Shown one piece after another: positions 9,051 through 18,605 of a DNA stretch of 64,000 nucleotides; positions within the stretch are counted from its first letter, which is position 1; each line of letters begins with the position of its first letter. The translations under genes were made by a program, and so were the position numbers. Source of the DNA: Alphaproteobacteria bacterium. GTDB lineage: Bacteria > Pseudomonadota > Alphaproteobacteria > Rs-D84. Below the pieces are notes generated by a model, which saw only the letters and a program-made list of their open reading frames with translations, was not told the DNA's origin and did no database searches. Location: the NCBI GenBank assembly GCA_031549365.1, contig JAVBPX010000001.1, forward strand, positions 130,417 to 194,416, given 5' to 3'.

Positions 9051-10784
9051 TTATATGTCGCTGTGCGGCATTTTAACAGAATGCTTCATTAATTCGACAA
9101 AGTCGGACAATGACATTGTTTCTTGTTTTTCCACACCCAAACGTCGAATGGTGACAGTTTGGTCGGCTTTTTCCTTTTCCCCAACAATAACTGTGATTGG
9201 GGTTTTTGCCAACGCATGTTCACGAATCTTGTAATTAATTTTTTCATTACGCAAATCGGATTCTGCATAAATGCCGGCTTTTTTCAACAATTTAACAACA
9301 TCGGACGCATAATCATTAAATATATTGATAATTGGACAAACGACAACTGGATTTGGCGACAACCACAATGGCAAATGCCCCGCAGTATTTTCCAACAATA
9401 TGCCAAAAAACCGTTCGATTGATCCGAATAACGCACGATGCAACATAATTGGACGATGTTTGTCCCCATCTTCGCCAATGTATGAAATATCAAAACGTTC
9501 CGGCAAATTCATATCAACTTGGACCGTTCCACACTGCCAATCACGACCGATGGCATCACGCAGAACGAATTCCAATTTTGGCCCATAAAATGCGCCTTCA
9601 CCCTCGTTAATTTGATATTCAAAGCCGTGTTTGGTCAAAGCATTTTTCAAAGCATTTTCAGACAAATCCCAAACTTCGTCTGAACCAATTCGATGAATAC
9701 TGTCCGGCCTGGTTGATAATTTAATTAATACTTTTTCAAAACCAAAATCCTTGTAAATATCGATGATCAATTTCGTAGTATCAATAATTTCAGATTCCAT
9801 CTGATCCGGAGTACAAAAAATATGGGCATCATCCTGGGTAAATTCGCGAACACGCATCAAACCCATTAATGAACCAGATGCTTCGTAACGATGAACCTTG
9901 CCAAATTCAGCCATGCGAATTGGTAAATCGCGATACGATTTTAAACCCTGTTTGTATACCAACAATCCGCCCGGGCAATTCATTGGCTTGATACAAAACA
10001 CACGACCGTCTTCGGTTTCGCCGGAATAATTATGCTCACCATATTTATCCCAATGGCCCGAAGTTTCCCACAAACAACGATCCATAACGGCTGGCGTTGA
10101 CACTTCGGAATAATCATTTTGTTCCTGACGCATACGCATATATTCAATCAAACGACGGTATACGCGATATCCCAAATTATGCCAAAACACAGAACCAGGC
10201 GCATAATCAGGTTCAAAATGAAACAAATCCATTTCGCGTCCCAATTTGCGATGATCGCGCTTGGCTGCTTCTTCCAACATTTTTAAATGCTGTTCCAATT
10301 CTGCATCGGTAGCAAAAGCATCAACATAAATTCGTTGTAACATTTTGTTTTTGGAATCACCCTTCCAATATGCGCCTGCAATTTTTTGTAATTTAAACGA
10401 TTTTGGTAAATCTTTGGAACTTTCAACGTGTGGACCGCGACATAAATCAGTAAAATCACGAAATTTATAGATCGAAATTTCACCATCATTTAAATCGTTA
10501 ATCCATTCCAATTTGTATGGTTCGTTTTTGAAAATTTCCAATGCTTCCGGCTTGGATACAATGCTCTTTTCGAAACGACCGTTGGATTTAATTAAATCCC
10601 GCATTTCGCGTTCGATTGTTGGAAAATCATCCGGGGTAAATACGTGATCTGAATCAAAATCATAATAAAAACCGTTTTCGATGGATGGACCGCCTGCGAA
10701 TTTGACGCCTGGGTACAATTTTTGAATGGCCGCCGCCATAACATGAGCCAGAGAATGGCGAATAACTTCAATTGGATAAGACAT
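9051..10784 (-). CDS. thrS: Threonyl-tRNA synthetase (no N-terminal TGS domain)
   Basis: 577 aa. Begins at the ThrRS N2/editing-domain region ('EVIRHSLAHVMAAAIQKLYPGVKFAGGPSIENGFYYDFD'). Class II catalytic core and C-terminal anticodon-binding domain follow. The ORF cannot extend further upstream, so the TGS domain is absent. Confidence 0.9.
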   Translation of the reverse strand: MSYPIEVIRHSLAHVMAAAIQKLYPGVKFAGGPSIENGFYYDFDSDHVFTPDDFPTIEREMRDLIKSNGRFEKSIVSKPEALEIFKNEPYKLEWINDLNDGEISIYKFRDFTDLCRGPHVESSKDLPKSFKLQKIAGAYWKGDSKNKMLQRIYVDAFATDAELEQHLKMLEEAAKRDHRKLGREMDLFHFEPDYAPGSVFWHNLGYRVYRRLIEYMRMRQEQNDYSEVSTPAVMDRCLWETSGHWDKYGEHNYSGETEDGRVFCIKPMNCPGGLLVYKQGLKSYRDLPIRMAEFGKVHRYEASGSLMGLMRVREFTQDDAHIFCTPDQMESEIIDTTKLIIDIYKDFGFEKVLIKLSTRPDSIHRIGSDEVWDLSENALKNALTKHGFEYQINEGEGAFYGPKLEFVLRDAIGRDWQCGTVQVDMNLPERFDISYIGEDGDKHRPIMLHRALFGSIERFFGILLENTAGHLPLWLSPNPVVVCPIINIFNDYASDVVKLLKKAGIYAESDLRNEKINYKIREHALAKTPITVIVGEKEKADQTVTIRRLGVEKQETMSLSDFVELMKHSVKMPHSDI

Positions 10785-11066
10785 AAAAACAACTCCTGTT
10801 TTTCTTTTTTAATTTGCTTGATTATTATAAGTATTGTGCGAAAAAATCGCAATAGAAATTATAACCCCAACGGGGTTGTAGTTGTTGTAACAAAAAAGTT
10901 AAATTTGAATAACATATATTTATTATATAAATAACAATTCCAAAAATCAAGAGCAAACGATAATATTACTCTTTTTTATGTCATTACTCGGTACGGATAC
11001 ATAAAACGATTAATAATCGTTTTCTCAGTCCTCATCAGCAATAACAATCATTGTAATTAAAAAAAT

Positions 11067-11112
11067 CATCCGGGAAAATCAAAGATTTTCTCCGGATGCA
11101 ACATCAATAAAT
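11067..11112. repeat. Palindromic repeat element acting as an intrinsic terminator for the M3 peptidase gene on the minus strand
   Basis: 'catccgggaaaatcaaagattttctccggatgcaacatcaat' forms a hairpin of about 14 bp. On the minus strand it is followed by A then T7. A near-identical copy is at 57673-57719. Confidence 0.5.
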
Positions 11113-11125
11113 GATTGAATAAATA

Positions 11126-13129
11126 TTACTTTTTGAATCCCTGCAACCTCAAAAAGGCATCTTTGGATGGCCCCCGGCCCATAAATGCACGGAATGATTC
11201 TGCCATTGGACGGGATCCACCAACGGATAAAATTTCATCCAAATAATCATAACTACGTTCTGGGCTTTCAATCAAAACACTGGCCACATCGGATGATAAT
11301 ACACGGGACCACAAATAAGAATAATATCCCATTGCGTATCCGCCGGCAAATATATGACTGAATGCAGTTGGGAAACGTGTCCAATTTGGAGACGGAACAA
11401 CACCGTATTTTTCTCGAACTCGAAACCATTCATCCATTATGTTTATATCACCAGTCTTTGATTCATAAATTTTCATATCAAATATTCCGTATTCCAACTG
11501 GCGAACCCAAAATAATCCATTTTGAAAATGCTTGGCCGAAATTACCCGATCAACCAACGCTGCTGGGATTTTTTCATGCGTTTTGACATGTTCGCTCATC
11601 GCTATTAAAAAGTCGCGATTCCAAACAAATTCTTCCATCATTTGGCTCGGCAATTCAACGCCATCCCATTCGACGCTCGTCCCAGACACGTCTAACACAT
11701 CAATCGTTGTCATAATTTCATGCATCGTGTGACCCATTTCATGAAACAGTGTTTCTATTTCACCAATTTTTAATGTTGCTGGATTATCCGATGTTGGCGG
11801 GGTAAAATTTGCCACCAAATACGCCATCGGCAACTGAGTCTTTCCATCAAATACCCGGCGTTTTTGAAAACCGTTTTCCCAAGCACCCGATCTTTTACCA
11901 TCGCGCGCATATAAATCCACATAGATACCACCAATAACGTTCCCGTTTTTTACAACTTGGTAATATTTAACATCATCATGCCAAACTGGAACTTTTTTTT
12001 GAGCAAACGTAATTCCGTACATTTGGTTCAGCTTTTGAAATAATGCGTCAACAACACGATTGGTTGGGAAATATTGCTCGACCTCGGTTTCTGAAAAATC
12101 ATATTGGGATTTACGCATTTTTTCTGAAACATAATTTGCATCCCATGGATCAATTTTATCCATACCCATTTCAGTTCTTGCGTATTTTTGCAAATCTTTC
12201 CATTCCGATATCGCAATTGGACGCGCAGATGTCATGACATCCATTAACATAGCATCAACCTCGGATACGGATTTTGCCATTTTTGTAACCAGCGCGACTT
12301 CGGCGTAATTTTTATACCCTAAAATATTTGCTTTTTCAGCCCTCAATTTCAAAATTTTCTGCATGTTATTGGTGTTATCAAACGCCTGATTGCCTTGGTC
12401 GCTCGCTCTTGTTTGATACGCACGATAAATTTTATATCGCAAATCTTGGCTGTTCGCATACTTTAAAATGGCCCCAACTTCTGGTGCGGATAATCCAATG
12501 CGCCACCCGTCAATGCTGGCCTTTTTGGCGTTATCTGCGAATATAGCGACCATATTATCAGGAATGCCTGACAACTCATTAATATCTGATACATTCAATT
12601 TAAATTCATCCGTTGATTTTAAAATATTTTCTTCAAATTTTGATGTTAACACAGATAATTCGGAATTAATCGCGGCCAATTTTTCTTTTTTATCCTTTGG
12701 CAAATTAACACCTGATAATTCAAATGCTTGGATTGTCAAATCAATTGATCTGCGTTGCGCCGCCGAATATGTCTTGTATTCAGGTCCAAATTTTAATTGT
12801 TTAAATAATTCGTACAATTTTTCGTCCTGATTGATTTTCGTTGAAAAATCACTTAATTCAGGCAATAATTCCTGTTCAGTCGCCCTTAATTCCGACGTAC
12901 TTTTAACAGATGTTATATGTTCAATTAAACCAAATGAACGGGAAACCCTGTCGGTTGCTGACATCAAAGGTTCCGCAACATTATTCCAAGTCGGCACAAT
13001 AACTTGCTTAATTAATACTATTTGTTCACGACCTTGTTTAATCGCCAATCTGACCGCGGGCCCCATGTTTTCGGGTGTCACATATGAAAAATTTGGATTA
13101 TATTTAAAATCAATTAATTCTTTTTGCAT
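11126..13129 (-). CDS. M3-family zinc metallopeptidase (oligopeptidase A / peptidyl-dipeptidase Dcp-like)
   Basis: 667 aa. Thermolysin-like zinc motif 'HEMGHTMHE'. Length and overall pattern fit M3 oligopeptidases. Confidence 0.85.
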   Translation of the reverse strand: MQKELIDFKYNPNFSYVTPENMGPAVRLAIKQGREQIVLIKQVIVPTWNNVAEPLMSATDRVSRSFGLIEHITSVKSTSELRATEQELLPELSDFSTKINQDEKLYELFKQLKFGPEYKTYSAAQRRSIDLTIQAFELSGVNLPKDKKEKLAAINSELSVLTSKFEENILKSTDEFKLNVSDINELSGIPDNMVAIFADNAKKASIDGWRIGLSAPEVGAILKYANSQDLRYKIYRAYQTRASDQGNQAFDNTNNMQKILKLRAEKANILGYKNYAEVALVTKMAKSVSEVDAMLMDVMTSARPIAISEWKDLQKYARTEMGMDKIDPWDANYVSEKMRKSQYDFSETEVEQYFPTNRVVDALFQKLNQMYGITFAQKKVPVWHDDVKYYQVVKNGNVIGGIYVDLYARDGKRSGAWENGFQKRRVFDGKTQLPMAYLVANFTPPTSDNPATLKIGEIETLFHEMGHTMHEIMTTIDVLDVSGTSVEWDGVELPSQMMEEFVWNRDFLIAMSEHVKTHEKIPAALVDRVISAKHFQNGLFWVRQLEYGIFDMKIYESKTGDINIMDEWFRVREKYGVVPSPNWTRFPTAFSHIFAGGYAMGYYSYLWSRVLSSDVASVLIESPERSYDYLDEILSVGGSRPMAESFRAFMGRGPSKDAFLRLQGFKK

Positions 13130-13144
13130 ATTCCGCTCCGTCAG

Positions 13145-13858
13145 TCAATTTAATAAAATGCATCCGTATAAAACGGCAAAGAAATGTAACACCGTTCCAC
13201 CAATTACAAACAAATGCCAAATTGCGTGTGAAAATTTCAACCTGCGCCATAAATAAAATATAACACCAACGGTATATGAAATTCCGCCTAATAAAACAAA
13301 AATTAATCCGATTGTTGGGATTTTTGCAATCATTTGTGGCAATATAAATAACAACGCCCACCCCATTAACAAATATAATCCAACCGTCCATTTTGGTTGT
13401 TTGTCTTTGTAATAAAACTTTAATATGGTCCCAAATATCGCAACAGCCCATAAAATACCGAATACAGTCCAACCGACGGGGCCACGCAAATTCACTAATA
13501 AAAACGGGGTATATGTTCCAGCAATCAAAAAATAAATCGCAATGTTGTCCATCATTTCAAAACAGCGTTCACCCTTTTTCCCAGTGCGCCAATGGCAAAA
13601 AGTTGATGCAAAATACATAAATATTGCGGAACTTCCAAAAATAACTGTCGATACAATGGCCCATGGATCGCCCTTGATCCCAGCAAACACCGCCAACAAT
13701 GTTACCGCCGCAATCCCTAAACCTATGCCTATGCCATGTATTACGATATTCATAAACTCTTCGGCTTTGGTATGGCCACATTCCCAACGACAATCACCGA
13801 TTGTTTGTTTATTTTCTTTGATGATTTTTGATTTTATCTTTCTTATTACCTTTCCCAT
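13145..13858 (-). CDS. Hemolysin III / PAQR-family 7-TM membrane protein
   Basis: 237 aa with multiple TM segments. Conserved C-terminal 'WHLFVIGGTVLHFFAV' and N-terminal 'EEFMNIVIHGIG' regions are typical of HlyIII family proteins. Confidence 0.75.
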   Translation of the reverse strand: MGKVIRKIKSKIIKENKQTIGDCRWECGHTKAEEFMNIVIHGIGIGLGIAAVTLLAVFAGIKGDPWAIVSTVIFGSSAIFMYFASTFCHWRTGKKGERCFEMMDNIAIYFLIAGTYTPFLLVNLRGPVGWTVFGILWAVAIFGTILKFYYKDKQPKWTVGLYLLMGWALLFILPQMIAKIPTIGLIFVLLGGISYTVGVIFYLWRRLKFSHAIWHLFVIGGTVLHFFAVLYGCILLN

Positions 13859-13978
13859 ATTTTACTCCTCTGAATTGTTATTACAGCCAATTTATTAGCA
13901 CTGCAATCTTTGCAATATTATATTATTAATTTCAGGAAAATTGAAATTAATACTTAAACAACGTTTCATTAAATATGA

Positions 13979-15649
13979 CTATCCATTGATGATGTTGTTT
14001 AACCTGTCAATTACCCGGCTTTTACCCATAACTTGCATAATTGAATACAAGTCTGGGGTCATTTTACGTCCCGTTATTGCAACACGCAAAAAAGACGCGA
14101 CATCTGATACCGTCCCAATGTACTTATCGGGGGCAGCATCGTATTCCTTTTGATTTTTGGCAAAACCAAACCTTTCACCCAAATCGCGAACGCCGTTGAA
14201 CCAATCTGATGCGTCCAGCGCATCATCATAATTATCACGAAACTCGGATAAAACAGATATAATAACTTCATGGTTCAACCCATTGAATTCAGATTCAAAT
14301 TTTGATTTTGTTAATTTGAATAAATCGTCATAGAAATACGATACTTCATCTAAAGTCTGACGCCATGTAACAAAATCTTTTCTGATTCTTTTCGGATTAT
14401 CGCGTTCAATCGCCAACATATTTTTTAAATAATCCGGGGATTTGGCAATTCGTTCCGACCAATCAGCATCATATTTCATGGCAAATTCGTAAACGCTTGC
14501 AAACAAATCGTTAATCGACAATGTCGCAATCCATTCACGCGAAATGCTCTCTAATTTTTTCATATCAAATAATGCGCCTGATGGACTCATCTTTTTTAAA
14601 TTGATTGGATATGACCACATGTTAATTGATGAATTTTTTAATTTCGCATCTTCGTACCCAGATGCTGCAATATTAAACAAATATTCCAAAATTGCCTGAG
14701 GAGCAAAACCCTGCTCTAACATTAATGCAATTGATGCTTCGGGGTCGTGACGTTTTGAAATTTTACGGCGTGATTCGCCATCCATTTTATCAATTGTCCC
14801 CAAATGAGCATAAACAGGCACATCCCAACCCATCATTTGAAATAACGACACGTGCAAAGGCATTGATGACAACCATTCTCCGCCACGAACAACGTGCGTT
14901 GTGCGCATTAAATGATCATCAACCAAATGGGCAAAATGATATGTTGGCAAACCATCCGATTTTAAAATAACAATATCCGTGTCGTTTTGCGGAAATGCAA
15001 TTGATCCGCGGAGAGCGTCCTTACAATAAATTTTTTCATCATAATTACCGGTTGAATATAATCTAAAAATTGGTTTTTTCCCGGCGTCCAAACGCGTGAT
15101 AATTTCATCCTCGGCCAAATTACGATCACGGGCATATTCACCGTAAAAGCCGGGCCTCAACCCACTTTTCGTTTGAATGGATGTGATTTTTTCAATATCA
15201 TCTTCGGCCATAAAACATGGGTATGCCAAACCGCGCTCCAATAAATCAGCAACATATGTTTTATAAATTTCAACGCGATGACTTTGGGTATATGGGCCAT
15301 AATTACCGTGCTCGCCCCCACCCAGTTTTGGGCCCTCGTCAATCTTTAATCCGAATCTTGATTCAACCTCTAAAATAACATCTATTGAACCTGCGACCGA
15401 ACGTTTTGTGTCGGTATCTTCGATACGTATAAAAAATACACCATTTGATTGATGGGCCAAACGCTCGTTTATCATTAACATATTTAATGAGCCCAAATGC
15501 AAAAACCCGGTTGGGGATGGCGCGAAACGCGTAACCATTGCCCCGTCCAACAATTCTCGCTTTGGATACATTTCTTCCAATTGATTTGGGGTATATTTAA
15601 CATCCCCTAACAAACGTCCAATTAATGATTTTGATAGGCCTGATCTCAT
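13979..15649 (-). CDS. gltX: Glutamyl-tRNA synthetase
   Basis: Class I signature 'TRFAPSPTGFLHLGS' (HIGH-type) and 'KISKRH' (KMSKS-type). Start chosen at the ATG with an AGGA RBS ('MRSGLSKS...'). The canonical start may be further in at 'MVTRFAPSPTG' (15540). The ORF track extends to 15718. Confidence 0.85.
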   Translation of the reverse strand: MRSGLSKSLIGRLLGDVKYTPNQLEEMYPKRELLDGAMVTRFAPSPTGFLHLGSLNMLMINERLAHQSNGVFFIRIEDTDTKRSVAGSIDVILEVESRFGLKIDEGPKLGGGEHGNYGPYTQSHRVEIYKTYVADLLERGLAYPCFMAEDDIEKITSIQTKSGLRPGFYGEYARDRNLAEDEIITRLDAGKKPIFRLYSTGNYDEKIYCKDALRGSIAFPQNDTDIVILKSDGLPTYHFAHLVDDHLMRTTHVVRGGEWLSSMPLHVSLFQMMGWDVPVYAHLGTIDKMDGESRRKISKRHDPEASIALMLEQGFAPQAILEYLFNIAASGYEDAKLKNSSINMWSYPINLKKMSPSGALFDMKKLESISREWIATLSINDLFASVYEFAMKYDADWSERIAKSPDYLKNMLAIERDNPKRIRKDFVTWRQTLDEVSYFYDDLFKLTKSKFESEFNGLNHEVIISVLSEFRDNYDDALDASDWFNGVRDLGERFGFAKNQKEYDAAPDKYIGTVSDVASFLRVAITGRKMTPDLYSIMQVMGKSRVIDRLNNIING

Positions 15650-15800
15650 ACTTAAATCCTTTTTATAACGGCTTATATTATAATCCCCCTCCCCAATAAT
15701 GCAAGAGGATTTAACCATCCTGTTAATTCAAGCCCTTGAAATATTTTTATTGAACTGTTATAATTCGCCCAATACCAAAGGTATGCATTTGGGGAATAAC

Positions 15801-16466
15801 ATGGCAATAAAAAATATATTTTGGGATGTTGATGGGGTATTGGCGGATTTGAATTTCGCATACTTTAATTTTTTGAAAAACCATCCAAAATACCGGGAAA
15901 CATATAAAAATTTAAAGTGGGACGAGTTACCTAACGTTTTGCCAATCCAACCAAAATATGGGGCGTTGGAATTAAAAACACATCCAACGATGGGCGATGT
16001 TATGGATCATGATTTTTGTGCCGATTTAAACTTTTTCAATAACCGTCCATTGTATCCAGACGTTATCCAAACACTTAAAAAATTAAATGACTTGGGCTAT
16101 CACCAATTTACGATGTCGGCCACTTTTGATGTTGAAACCAAGAAAAAATTGTTAAATACCCTGCTTGCCGATGTAACTGATTTTTTAACAATTGAATGTG
16201 TACAACATGGAAAATTCATGCACGACACGGCCAAGCAAGACATGTTGCGCGAATGCTTTGAAAAATATGGTCTGAAACCAGACGAAACAATATTGGTTGA
16301 TGACCGGATTTATAACCTGGCCGCGGCTATTAATGTTGGGGCACATCCAATTCGCATGCGTTGCGAATTTACAACGGATGCCCCGGATGATTTGAAATGG
16401 GTTCCTGAAATACATAACGTTACTGAATTACATGATTATTTAATAAAAAATGGGGAAAAACTATGA
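15801..16466 (+). CDS. HAD-superfamily hydrolase (5'(3')-deoxyribonucleotidase-like)
   Basis: HAD motif I 'IFWDVDGVLADL' lies near the chosen ATG at 15801, which has a GGGGA RBS. The ORF track start at 15699 would overlap divergent gltX. Confidence 0.6.
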   Translation: MAIKNIFWDVDGVLADLNFAYFNFLKNHPKYRETYKNLKWDELPNVLPIQPKYGALELKTHPTMGDVMDHDFCADLNFFNNRPLYPDVIQTLKKLNDLGYHQFTMSATFDVETKKKLLNTLLADVTDFLTIECVQHGKFMHDTAKQDMLRECFEKYGLKPDETILVDDRIYNLAAAINVGAHPIRMRCEFTTDAPDDLKWVPEIHNVTELHDYLIKNGEKL

Positions 16467-17233
16467 AAACAGCCGTAATTATACCAACACGTTTAAAATC
16501 AACACGATTACCAAACAAACCATTAATTGATATTAATGGCAAAACCATGATCCAACATGTTTATGAAAATGTTGCCGCTATTTATGATCGTGATGATATT
16601 TATATCGCATCCGGGGACGCTGAAATAATTGATGTTGCGAATAAGTTCGGCGCAAAATGCTTGTTAACCGACCCAACTCTGCCATCTGGTACGGATCGAA
16701 TTGCTGCCGCATTAAAACAAATTGATCCGGACGGTTCCAAATACGATGTTATCGTTAATTTTCAGGGCGACGGCATAAACGTTGACCCAAAATTGAATAA
16801 TGAACTGGTTGCTATAATGCGCGAAACAAATGCAGACATTGTAACCGTTTGCCAAAAAATCACTGATGCTGATGAAATCCAAAACCCAAATTTGGTTAAA
16901 ATTGCGATGGGGTTAAGCAATAATGAAACCGTTGGCCGTTGTTTGTATTTTTCACGCGCCCCAATTCCATTTGACCGCGATTTGGACGGCACTCCCAAGC
17001 TTGCCTATTGGCACATAGGCATATATGTTTACAATGCAAAATCATTGCAGAGGTTTGTTGAATTACCTGTTGGGATATTGGAAAATACCGAAAAATTGGA
17101 ACAATTGCGCGCATTGGAAAATGGCATGACAATATACGCTAAATTGGTTGATGATGTCCGCTTGATTAAACAAGCACCTGCGGATATCAACACCCCGCAA
17201 GAATATGCAGAAGCATTAAAGTGGATAAAATAA
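16463..17233 (+). CDS. kdsB: 3-deoxy-manno-octulosonate cytidylyltransferase (CMP-KDO synthetase)
   Basis: 256 aa. N-terminal 'AVIIPTRLKSTRLPNKPLIDINGKTMIQHV' is the KdsB signature. Start overlaps the previous stop (ATGA). Confidence 0.85.
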   Translation: MKTAVIIPTRLKSTRLPNKPLIDINGKTMIQHVYENVAAIYDRDDIYIASGDAEIIDVANKFGAKCLLTDPTLPSGTDRIAAALKQIDPDGSKYDVIVNFQGDGINVDPKLNNELVAIMRETNADIVTVCQKITDADEIQNPNLVKIAMGLSNNETVGRCLYFSRAPIPFDRDLDGTPKLAYWHIGIYVYNAKSLQRFVELPVGILENTEKLEQLRALENGMTIYAKLVDDVRLIKQAPADINTPQEYAEALKWIK

Positions 17234-17252
17234 TCCGCCCTAATCTTTGTTG

Positions 17253-17290
17253 TTAATTCGGGGAAAATTAAAAATTTACTCCCGAATTAA
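17253..17290. repeat. Divergent member of the palindromic repeat family (hairpin 'ttaattcggg ... cccgaattaa')
   Basis: 10-bp perfect inverted repeat with loop 'gaaaattaaaaatttact'. The core 'cggggaaaattaaaaatttactccccg' parallels 'ccgggaaaatcaaagattttctccgg' of the copies at 11067 and 57673. Confidence 0.35.
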
Positions 17291-17365
17291 CAAAATAACA
17301 TCCAAATAATTATATAATATTTATCCTTGCACTTTTGTAAAAATCAACTTAATATACCCCCATTC

Positions 17366-17457
17366 GGAGAGGTGGCAGAGCCCGGTTGAATGCGCTCGAC
17401 TCGAAATCGAGTATACTGGCGACAGTATCGGGGGTTCGAATCCCCCCCTCTCCGCCA
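17366..17457 (+). tRNA. tRNA-Ser (anticodon CGA)
   Basis: Cloverleaf with acceptor GGAGAGG/CCTCTCC, long variable arm, anticodon stem ctcga/tcgag, loop 'ctCGAaa', T-loop GGTTCGAATCC. Discriminator G and CCA are encoded. Confidence 0.9.
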
Positions 17458-17512
17458 GACAAGATATTGATTTTACTACAATTTTTTACAAAATCGATAA
17501 CCCTTGAATTAT

Positions 17513-17535
17513 CCCCGGAATTCGGGGATTTTTTT
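17513..17535 (+). terminator. Rho-independent terminator downstream of tRNA-Ser
   Basis: 'ccccggaattcgggg' hairpin followed by a T7 run. Confidence 0.6.
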
Positions 17536-17672
17536 GATGCGATTTTAAGGTTATTGCAATGGTATGTGATTTAATATGTGAAAATACGGCGATATTTTGA
17601 TGTTTACATACAATGCCCGTTTTTGGCAGTGCACTGTTCATTGGTGCGAGGAAATTTTAAGGGAGTTTATTA

Positions 17673-17701
17673 TTGACTTTTTTGATGATTTGTGGTATAA
17701 T
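17673..17701 (+). promoter_or_regulatory. Consensus sigma70 promoter: -35 TTGACT, 17-bp spacer, extended -10 TGgTATAAT
   Basis: 'TTGACT tttttgatgatttgtgg TATAAT' at 17673-17701. Both hexamers match consensus perfectly with optimal spacing and a TG extension. Confidence 0.55.
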
Positions 17702-17714
17702 GCAGAGTATATTA

Positions 17715-17776
17715 GGACGGATTTTATCCGTCTTTTTTAATTTTAGTCCCGCTATTTTTGGCGGGGCTTTTTTTTA
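17715..17776 (+). terminator. Two tandem intrinsic-terminator hairpins in the leader (possible sRNA or attenuator)
   Basis: Hairpin 1 is 'gacgg attttat ccgtc' followed by T6. Hairpin 2 is 'gtcccgc tatttttg gcggggc' followed by T9. Both lie between the consensus promoter and the SD 'aagggag' of the ORF at 17795. Confidence 0.5.
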
Positions 17777-17794
17777 TATTTTTAAGGGAGTAAT

Positions 17795-18574
17795 ATGAAA
17801 AATAATTTTTTTAACGAACAATCTTTAAATTCTGATATTAAAACTCAGATTATCTTAGCTACATTTAAACTTTGGCTTCAAGACAATAAAAAGGAACAAA
17901 ATCTATCTTATATTGATCTATTTTCAGGGCCTGGCATATATGATGATGGAACATTATCTACACCGATATGTATTTTACAGGAAATTTGCAATAATAAGAG
18001 AATGGCACAGAGATTCAATGTGATCTTAAATGATTATAATGCAGAATTTATTGCAAAATTGCGTCGTATGATTTTGAATGTGAAAAATGCTAGGTTTATA
18101 AAAACTTTGGTTACTTCGATTGGTAATGCTGAAAGTTTTCAAAAGACCGTATCTAATAATGAACATATCTTCATGTTAATTGATCCTTGGGGATGGAAGG
18201 GTATAAATAGAAATTATATTAATAATATGTTATTAAATAAGGACTGTGATATTGCGGTGATGTTTAATTTTAATCAGTTTAATCGGTTTATGAATTTTGA
18301 TATCGCAGATGAATTGTTTAATGATTTGTTTGATAAAAAAACTTTGCACGAAATACGTAAATTTTGTAGCACAAATCCAAAATCGGAAAGAGAACAATTC
18401 GTGATAGATAAATTTGTGAAAATGGTTTGTAAAAATTGTGAAAATTGTAATTACACGCCATTTAAATTTAAGATGGAAAAATCGACGCGTACAAGCCATT
18501 ATATTATTTTTATAATTCGTGATAAAGATAGATTTCAAGCAACGAAAACTTTGTTAAATCAATACTTGGCTTGA
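17795..18574 (+). CDS. Hypothetical protein, candidate three-Cys-motif partner protein (TcmP-like) with a methyltransferase-like 'DLFSGPG' motif
   Basis: 259 aa. Good SD 'aagggag' 7 nt upstream. 'YIDLFSGPGIY' resembles SAM-MTase motif I and 'IDPWGWKG' is a possible motif-IV-like element. Directly upstream of a Gp37/Gp68 (DUF5131) gene. Confidence 0.5.
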   Translation: MKNNFFNEQSLNSDIKTQIILATFKLWLQDNKKEQNLSYIDLFSGPGIYDDGTLSTPICILQEICNNKRMAQRFNVILNDYNAEFIAKLRRMILNVKNARFIKTLVTSIGNAESFQKTVSNNEHIFMLIDPWGWKGINRNYINNMLLNKDCDIAVMFNFNQFNRFMNFDIADELFNDLFDKKTLHEIRKFCSTNPKSEREQFVIDKFVKMVCKNCENCNYTPFKFKMEKSTRTSHYIIFIIRDKDRFQATKTLLNQYLA

Positions 18575-18605
18575 AAAATAATATCGTTTCTGGCATAATG
18601 TGAAT

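Noticed and set aside
15541-15718. N-terminal extension of the gltX ORF that overlaps the divergent HAD gene start.
   Set aside because: The ORF track uses alternative start codons. The GluRS signature 'TRFAPSPTG' normally lies within about 10 aa of the start. The extension has no homology and would force overlapping divergent starts, so it is probably not translated.
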